From contig JAKLKC010000004.1 in assembly GCA_023150875.1 (NCBI GenBank), positions 15,993 to 79,992 of the forward strand: DNA of 64,000 bases, in the 5' to 3' direction. A program made the position numbers and the translations under genes. Of this stretch, positions 59,332-64,000 are shown piece after piece. Numbering within the stretch: the first letter of the stretch is position 1; every line of letters starts with the position of its first letter. Below the pieces are notes generated by a model, which was not told the origin of the DNA, searched no databases, and saw only the letters and a program-made list of their open reading frames with translations. Source of the stretch: Myxococcota bacterium (GTDB taxonomy: Bacteria; Myxococcota_A; UBA796; UBA9615; JAKLKC01).

Positions 59332-60290
59332 GGCGCCGCACCACACCGCGACCACCGTCCACCGCCACCCACTCGCCGTCGGACAGCCGGCGGGTCGCAT
59401 CCCCCGTGCGGACGACACAGGGGAGGCCGTACTCCCGGGCACGACGGCGGCGTGGGAGGCCGCGCTCCCGCCGTCGGTCACCACCGCGGCGGCGCGGTCG
59501 AAGGCGAGCGTCCACAGCGGGGTGGTCACGGGCGCCACGAGCACTTCGCCGGGCTGAACGCGATCCAGCTCCTCAGCTCGTAGCACGACGCGCGCCGGGC
59601 CCGTCGCGCAGCCGGCGGAAGCGGGCAGCCCGACCACCGCGTGGGGCGCGTCGCGGTCGGCGTGCTCGAAGAGCCCCATGAAGGCGTCCCACTGCGCCTT
59701 CACGAAGGGTGGGAACGTCCCGAACACGAGGGGCGGCGCGAGGTGTCGGCGCCGCTCCCAGAGGGCACGCCGCTCCCGGACCGGCTGGGGCTCCCGCGCC
59801 CCGGCGAGCGCCGCACGGAGTTCGGCGGGGTCCACGAAGTGGACGTCGTCGCCGCGGGGCAGGACCCCGGCCTCCACGAGCCCGTCGCCGAGGCGGAGGA
59901 GCGCCCGGCGCAGCACGGGCCAGGTTAGGGTGATGAGGCCCGCCTGCTCCTGGCGGACGCGGTGGGCGCGCCGCGCCTCGCGCACACAGGCCTCCAACCG
60001 CCCGCGCAGGCGGGGGGGGCAGCGCGGCGCGCGCGGACTCCAGCACGGCCTCACCCTCGGCGTCGAGTGCCGCGAGGCGCGCGGGCGACGGGGGCGGCAC
60101 GGTCAGACCACGCTCCCCCAGGGTGGGGAACACGGGATCGAGGCCCTCGACGGCGTGGGGCCCGACCTCCGATGGCGCGCCGCGGTCGAGCGCATAGGGG
60201 GAGACGTCGAGCTTCGCGAGGTGCTTCCGCCAGAACGAGAGGAGGGCCATCTCCGCCTTCGCGGCGTAGCCGGCCACCCCGAGCACGCTC
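59320..60290 (-). pseudogene. Frameshifted C-terminal portion of a PEP-utilising enzyme (central region plus swivel/mobile phospho-His domain)
   Basis: Three minus-strand frames in series carry consecutive pieces: MLGVAGYAAKAEMALLSFWRKHLAKLD.. (60286-), ..GDDVHFVDPAELRAAL..VVGLPASAGCATGPARVVLRAEELDRVQPGEVLVAPVTTPLWTLAFDRAAAVVTDGGSAASHAAVV (from the 57397..60054 frame), then ..AREYGLPCVVRTGDATRRLSDGEWVAVDGGRGVV (59189..59515 frame). A G8 homopolymer at ~60022-60029 sits at one frame switch. Confidence 0.5.
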
Positions 60291-60472
60291 GCGAAGTGGA
60301 CCCCGGAGCCCCGGCGGTCCGGGCGAGGTTCGGACCTCCGCCGGACCGCCCGACCCTCCGGGGCGACGATCCCCGGGGCTCGCTGTGGCGGCGCACCGGC
60401 GCTACCTTAGGCGTCGAAGTGTCTCCGCGCGCCCATCCATGCGCTTGCCCCAGCCCGACCGGCTCCCTCGCC

Positions 60473-61030
60473 GTGGGGCGCCCCGGCGCGTCGCCCTGGC
60501 GGGGACGCCGGCGGTCCGCGGCCTGGACTTCGGCCGCGCTCGCCGGGTCCCTGGGCGTCCTCGCCCTGATCGGGCCCACCGCGGCGGCTGCCGAGCCCCC
60601 CATCTCCGTGCCCCCGCGGGAGGCGAGGGCCCTCGACGGGAGCTGGCGCCGCCTGCCCGGAGACCTGGCGCCGGGACGGACCGCGCTGGTCATCTCGTTC
60701 CGCCGGGAGGACCTTGCCGCCACCGTCGCCTGGCGCGGGGCCCTCGACGCCTTTCCCAGCGTGCAGGTGCCCGTGTTCCCGTCGTCCATCCGCCTCTTGC
60801 GGCCCCTCATCGAGGGCGGGCTGCGGGACCGGCACCCGGTCACGACCCACGGCCGGATCTGGCCCGTCTGGGGCGATCCCAAGGGATTCCGCGCGGCGCT
60901 CGGCCTCGGGGACGACGAGGGGATCGCCGTCGTGATCACCGAACCCGACGGGTCGGTTCGGGGCATCGTCCGCGGCGAGCCCTCCCCGGAGGCCGTCGAG
61001 GCCGTCCGCGGCCTGCTCTCCGCCCTTTGA
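60473..61030 (+). CDS. Hypothetical secreted protein
   Basis: GTG 60473: (M)GRPGASPWRGRRRSAAWTSAALAGSLGVLALIGPTAAAAEP signal-like N-terminus, 185 aa, balanced composition. Start uncertain. Confidence 0.5.
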   Translation: MGRPGASPWRGRRRSAAWTSAALAGSLGVLALIGPTAAAAEPPISVPPREARALDGSWRRLPGDLAPGRTALVISFRREDLAATVAWRGALDAFPSVQVPVFPSSIRLLRPLIEGGLRDRHPVTTHGRIWPVWGDPKGFRAALGLGDDEGIAVVITEPDGSVRGIVRGEPSPEAVEAVRGLLSAL

Positions 61031-61054
61031 TCCCCCTCCCCCCGGAGCCCATCG

Positions 61055-62053
61055 ATGCTGGGAGAGTGCCACTACGCCGTCGAGACCTCGGACCTGCTGG
61101 GCCGCGAGCCCCGCAGGGTGGTCGTGGCGGGTCACGAGATCGTCCTCTTCCGGGACGCCGGCGGCCAGGCCCATGCGCTGGACGCCCGCTGCCCCCACCG
61201 CTTCGCCGACCTCTCGGGGGGCGAGACGCGGGGGGACTGCGTCGCCTGCCCCTACCACGGCTGGGAGTTCGACGGCGGCGGCGCGTGCACGCGGATCCCG
61301 GCAAATCCCCCCGACCAGCGGGTCCCCAAGAAGGCCCGCGTCCGGTCCTGGCCCACCGTGGAGCGCTACGGCCTGGTCTGGATCTACCTGGGGGTCCGGG
61401 AAGACCCACCGCCCCTCCCGCCCTTCCCCGAGTTCGGCCAGCCCGGCTGGCGCGCCATCTCCGGGGAGTTCACCTGGAAGGCCCACTACGCCCGGGTCGT
61501 CGAGAACGGGCTCGACTTCGCCCACGGCCCCTTCGTCCACGCCACGAGCTTCGGGAGGAAGGACCGGCCGGAGGTGGGACCCTACGAGGTGGAGGAGCTC
61601 GAGGGCGGGGGCCGGGGCGAGCTGGACCTGCCGGCCTCCCGGCCCCGGGGGCTCTGGGGCCTGTTCCAGCGGGGCGAGCGCCCCCCCGTCCACGTGACCC
61701 TCGAGTTCTGGATGCCGTCCATCAACCGCATCGACCTCCGGTTGGGCAACGGGTGGCGGATCGTCATCTTCGACTGCAACGTGCCCGTGGACGGATCCCA
61801 CACCCGCACGGTGTGGGTGAGCCTCCGGAACTTCTTCCCCGGCGCCTGGGCGGACGGCAACGCCCGCAAGCGGGTGATGGAGGTCTTCCGCGAGGACCGC
61901 CCCATCGTCGAGGCCCAGGCGGCCGGCCCCCCTCCGCCCGCGGCGGAGCAGGTGTCGGTGCGGTCTGACCGACTCCCGCTCCATTACCGCGAGATGCGCG
62001 AGGCGTGGCTGGCCTCAGGGCACGTCCCGCCGGAACGCGCGCCGGGCAGGTAG
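61055..62053 (+). CDS. Rieske [2Fe-2S] domain non-heme iron oxygenase (PaO/KshA-like)
   Basis: Rieske motifs CPHRFADLSGG ... CPYHGWEF, followed by a catalytic domain with His/Asp residues (..NGLDFAHGPFVHATSF..). Confidence 0.8.
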   Translation: MLGECHYAVETSDLLGREPRRVVVAGHEIVLFRDAGGQAHALDARCPHRFADLSGGETRGDCVACPYHGWEFDGGGACTRIPANPPDQRVPKKARVRSWPTVERYGLVWIYLGVREDPPPLPPFPEFGQPGWRAISGEFTWKAHYARVVENGLDFAHGPFVHATSFGRKDRPEVGPYEVEELEGGGRGELDLPASRPRGLWGLFQRGERPPVHVTLEFWMPSINRIDLRLGNGWRIVIFDCNVPVDGSHTRTVWVSLRNFFPGAWADGNARKRVMEVFREDRPIVEAQAAGPPPPAAEQVSVRSDRLPLHYREMREAWLASGHVPPERAPGR

Positions 62054-62170
62054 CGCCCGGTCGGAGGGAGGGCCTTGGGCCTGGCCGTCCAAGGCCCCCT
62101 CGACAGCTCCGACCCGCGGTCGCTATCCTGGGCCGGGTCCGGCGGCCCCGGGGCGCCGCCAGGAGGACCC

Positions 62171-63574
62171 ATGCGCCGTCCGGAGAGAGGCCCCCCCACG
62201 GGGTCCCGGGCCATCGCCGCCACGGCGGCCCAGCGTTCGTGGCGGCCGGTGCGGTTCGGCCTGGTGGCCAACGCGGCGGTGGGATCCGCGCTGGGGGCGG
62301 TGGCGCTCCTGCCCCTGAGGTGGGGGTGGGCGGGGATGGGCCCCGCCTGGGTGCAGGTCCACGCCTACGCCCAGGTCTTCGGGTTCGTGCTCCCGGTGGC
62401 GGTGGGGATGGGGTTCCGCCTGCTCCCCCCCGCGCCGTGGTTCCACCTTCCCCGGGTGGAGAACGCCTGCTTCGCGCTGCTCCTCTCGGGGGTGGTCGCC
62501 CGCTTCGGCGCCCAGGCGGCCCTCGCGGCGGGAGCGGAGTCCGGGTGGACGGCGGTCCTGGCTCGGTGCGGGGACGGGGCGGTGCTGGCGGGGGTGGCGC
62601 TGTTCGTCGCCGCGGCGTGGAAGGGGATCCAGCGGCGGCGCACCCTGACCCTGTCGGACCGCCTGGCCCAGGCGGCGCTCCTGTGGCTCGGGATCGCCGC
62701 GGCCCTGGAGCTGTGGGCCGGGTGGGCCCTCGGGCCCGGGGCGGCGACGGCTCCCCAGGACCGGATCGCGGCGGTCTACGCCGCCGTCCTGGACGGGTTC
62801 GCTCCCTGCCTGATCCTGACGGTGATGGGGCGGATGGCGGCGGCGACGGTGGGGCGGCCCCTGCCCGTGGGTTGGCCGGCCGTCGCGGTGGCGGCGGGGC
62901 TCCAGGCGGGGGCGGCGGCCAGCGTGGCGGGGGCGGCCCTGGGGGAGCCCGGGCTGGGGGCGGCGGGGGCGGCGGCGGTCTCGGCGGCCCTGCTGGTCCC
63001 CGCCGTGGCGCTGGCCTCGGGAGGGGTCCGCTCTCCCGTCAAGGACGAGGGGGTCCGCCGGACCGTCACCGTCGCCTTCGCCTGGCTCGGCGTGGCCTCG
63101 GCCCTGCGACTCGGGGGGGCGGGCGCCGCCCTGGCGAGGGTGGACGCCCCACCCCTGCTGGGCGACGCCGCCCGCCACACCTTCACCATCGGCTTCCTCA
63201 CCGTCCTCATCCTGGGGATGCTCCAGAAGCTGGCGCCCGCCTTCGAGACCCGGGACCTGGCCCTGCCCGGCTGGGTGGCGCCGGGGCGGCGCCTGCTGTC
63301 GCTGGCGGTGGCCCTGCGCCTCCTGGAGCTCCTGCCCTTCTCCTGGGCCCGCACCCTGGCGGGCGTCTCGGGAGGGGTGGCGTGGGCGGGGGTGCTGGTG
63401 GGGGTGGTGCCGCCCCTGGCCACGCTCCGGGCCCCCAAGGGGCGCCGGGCGGTGCTCCCCCCGGCCGAATGGCGGCGGGAGGCCTTCGAGCACCGCATGG
63501 AGCACGAGCGGGAGCGGCGGCGGGGACGCGGAACGCGGGAGGCGGAGCGGGGTCCGGTGGGAAACGGGGAGTGA
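62171..63574 (+). CDS. Hypothetical integral membrane protein (~12 TM; NnrS-like?)
   Basis: Highly hydrophobic with multiple predicted TM helices and conserved His/Trp in helices. Start chosen at MRRPERG; the track ORF begins at 62075. Family assignment is not secure. Confidence 0.55.
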   Translation: MRRPERGPPTGSRAIAATAAQRSWRPVRFGLVANAAVGSALGAVALLPLRWGWAGMGPAWVQVHAYAQVFGFVLPVAVGMGFRLLPPAPWFHLPRVENACFALLLSGVVARFGAQAALAAGAESGWTAVLARCGDGAVLAGVALFVAAAWKGIQRRRTLTLSDRLAQAALLWLGIAAALELWAGWALGPGAATAPQDRIAAVYAAVLDGFAPCLILTVMGRMAAATVGRPLPVGWPAVAVAAGLQAGAAASVAGAALGEPGLGAAGAAAVSAALLVPAVALASGGVRSPVKDEGVRRTVTVAFAWLGVASALRLGGAGAALARVDAPPLLGDAARHTFTIGFLTVLILGMLQKLAPAFETRDLALPGWVAPGRRLLSLAVALRLLELLPFSWARTLAGVSGGVAWAGVLVGVVPPLATLRAPKGRRAVLPPAEWRREAFEHRMEHERERRRGRGTREAERGPVGNGE

Positions 63575-63620
63575 CGGCCTCCAGGGAGGGCGGCCTTGAG
63601 GGCCGACCCTCCGCCGGGGT

Positions 63621-64000
63621 CTACGCCTCGATGGCGGGGGAGGGACCGAAGATCTCCCTCTCGACGGCGGCCACCTTCTCGCCCTGGGAAGTCTCGGCCA
63701 CCATGAAGTCCCGGGGCTGGTGGCCCTCCCGGGTGGCGGCGCAGTAGGCGTTGAACAGGCGGTTGATCATCGCCAGCGTGTCGTCCTTGGGCAGAAGCAG
63801 GTCAAAGCCCGCCCGGTCCGCCAGGTGGGCCGCCTTTCGGAGCACCGAGCCGCCGAAGTCGAAGGCGTCCACGCCGATCTCGGCGAACTCCTCCTCGAGG
63901 AAGATCACCAGGGGCAGGGCGGGGAGCACCAGCAGGAGGCGCTCCAGCCGGGCCCGGAGGTTGCGCTTCTCGCGCTCGCTCATGGGGAACTCGCGGAAGT
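63621..64000 (-). CDS. Hypothetical protein, 5' partial (runs off the window end)
   Basis: 120+ aa ORF in frame to the window edge (..LLVLPALPLVIFLEEEFAEIGVDAFDFGGSVLRKAAHLADRAGFDLLLPKDDTLAMINRLFNAY..). Confidence 0.4.
   Translation of the reverse strand, partial: FREFPMSEREKRNLRARLERLLLVLPALPLVIFLEEEFAEIGVDAFDFGGSVLRKAAHLADRAGFDLLLPKDDTLAMINRLFNAYCAATREGHQPRDFMVAETSQGEKVAAVEREIFGPSPAIEA

Noticed and set aside
57397-60054. 885-aa minus-strand ORF
   Set aside because: Only its N-terminal ~190 codons (60054 to ~59480) look real (PEP-utilising mobile domain). The remainder is antisense noise over the PDZ-MORN gene. Treated as part of a frameshifted pseudogene, not an 885-aa protein.
62075-63574. 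NnrS (heme-copper membrane protein) assignment for the polytopic membrane protein
   Set aside because: Topology and length are compatible, but I cannot verify NnrS-specific conserved His ligands by eye. Kept as a hypothetical membrane protein.

Overview
This is a ~64 kb high-GC (roughly 70%+) bacterial chromosomal segment, read from sequence alone without tools. Secreted and lipoprotein genes are abundant, and a MYXO-CTERM-like motif hints at Myxococcota; taxonomy is an inference. Because of the GC content the six-frame track is full of long Arg/Pro/Gly/Ala-rich phantom ORFs. I kept only ORFs with recognisable family motifs, sensible amino-acid composition and consistent start/stop context.

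Main content, in order:
- A partial FGE-sulfatase-domain gene and a type IV pilin-like gene.
- A complete Pho regulon block, phoB-phoR-pstS-pstC-pstA-pstB-phoU, on the minus strand, with a candidate Pho box upstream of pstS.
- An alpha-glucan locus: a giant GH15-CBM-GH13 ORF convergent with a GH13 alpha-amylase lipoprotein gene, then a Wzy_C/O-antigen-ligase-TPR gene and a HEAT-repeat gene.
- pntAB (proton-translocating NAD(P) transhydrogenase).
- A GT39/ArnT-like glycosyltransferase overlapping a NUDIX gene, followed by a DUF4157 HExxH gene.
- mgtE.
- A Thr-type sulfatase-like membrane enzyme.
- A DinG-family helicase with an N-terminal PD-(D/E)xK-like extension.
- A four-tRNA cluster (Pro-TGG, Arg-TCT, Arg-TCG, Lys-CTT). 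tRNA-Lys is followed by a ~2.3 kb island remnant flanked by a ~55 bp direct repeat. The island carries a Schlafen/AlbA_2-like ATP-binding gene, and a degraded partial second copy of that gene sits just downstream.
- A four-gene lipoprotein operon and a TPR protein.
- def-fmt-rpe.
- tRNA-Pro(CGG) followed by a lower-GC patch holding an archaeal-type AAA ATPase, a TetR regulator and a truncated PEP-utilising-enzyme N-terminal fragment. A separate frameshifted C-terminal fragment of the same enzyme family lies ~3 kb away on the other strand.
- A PDZ-MORN secreted protein, a Rieske oxygenase and an integral membrane protein.

A recurring family of Asp-rich (DDDT/DDDS) tandem-repeat lipoproteins is scattered through the window. 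No rRNA, CRISPR array, transposase or integrase was recognised.
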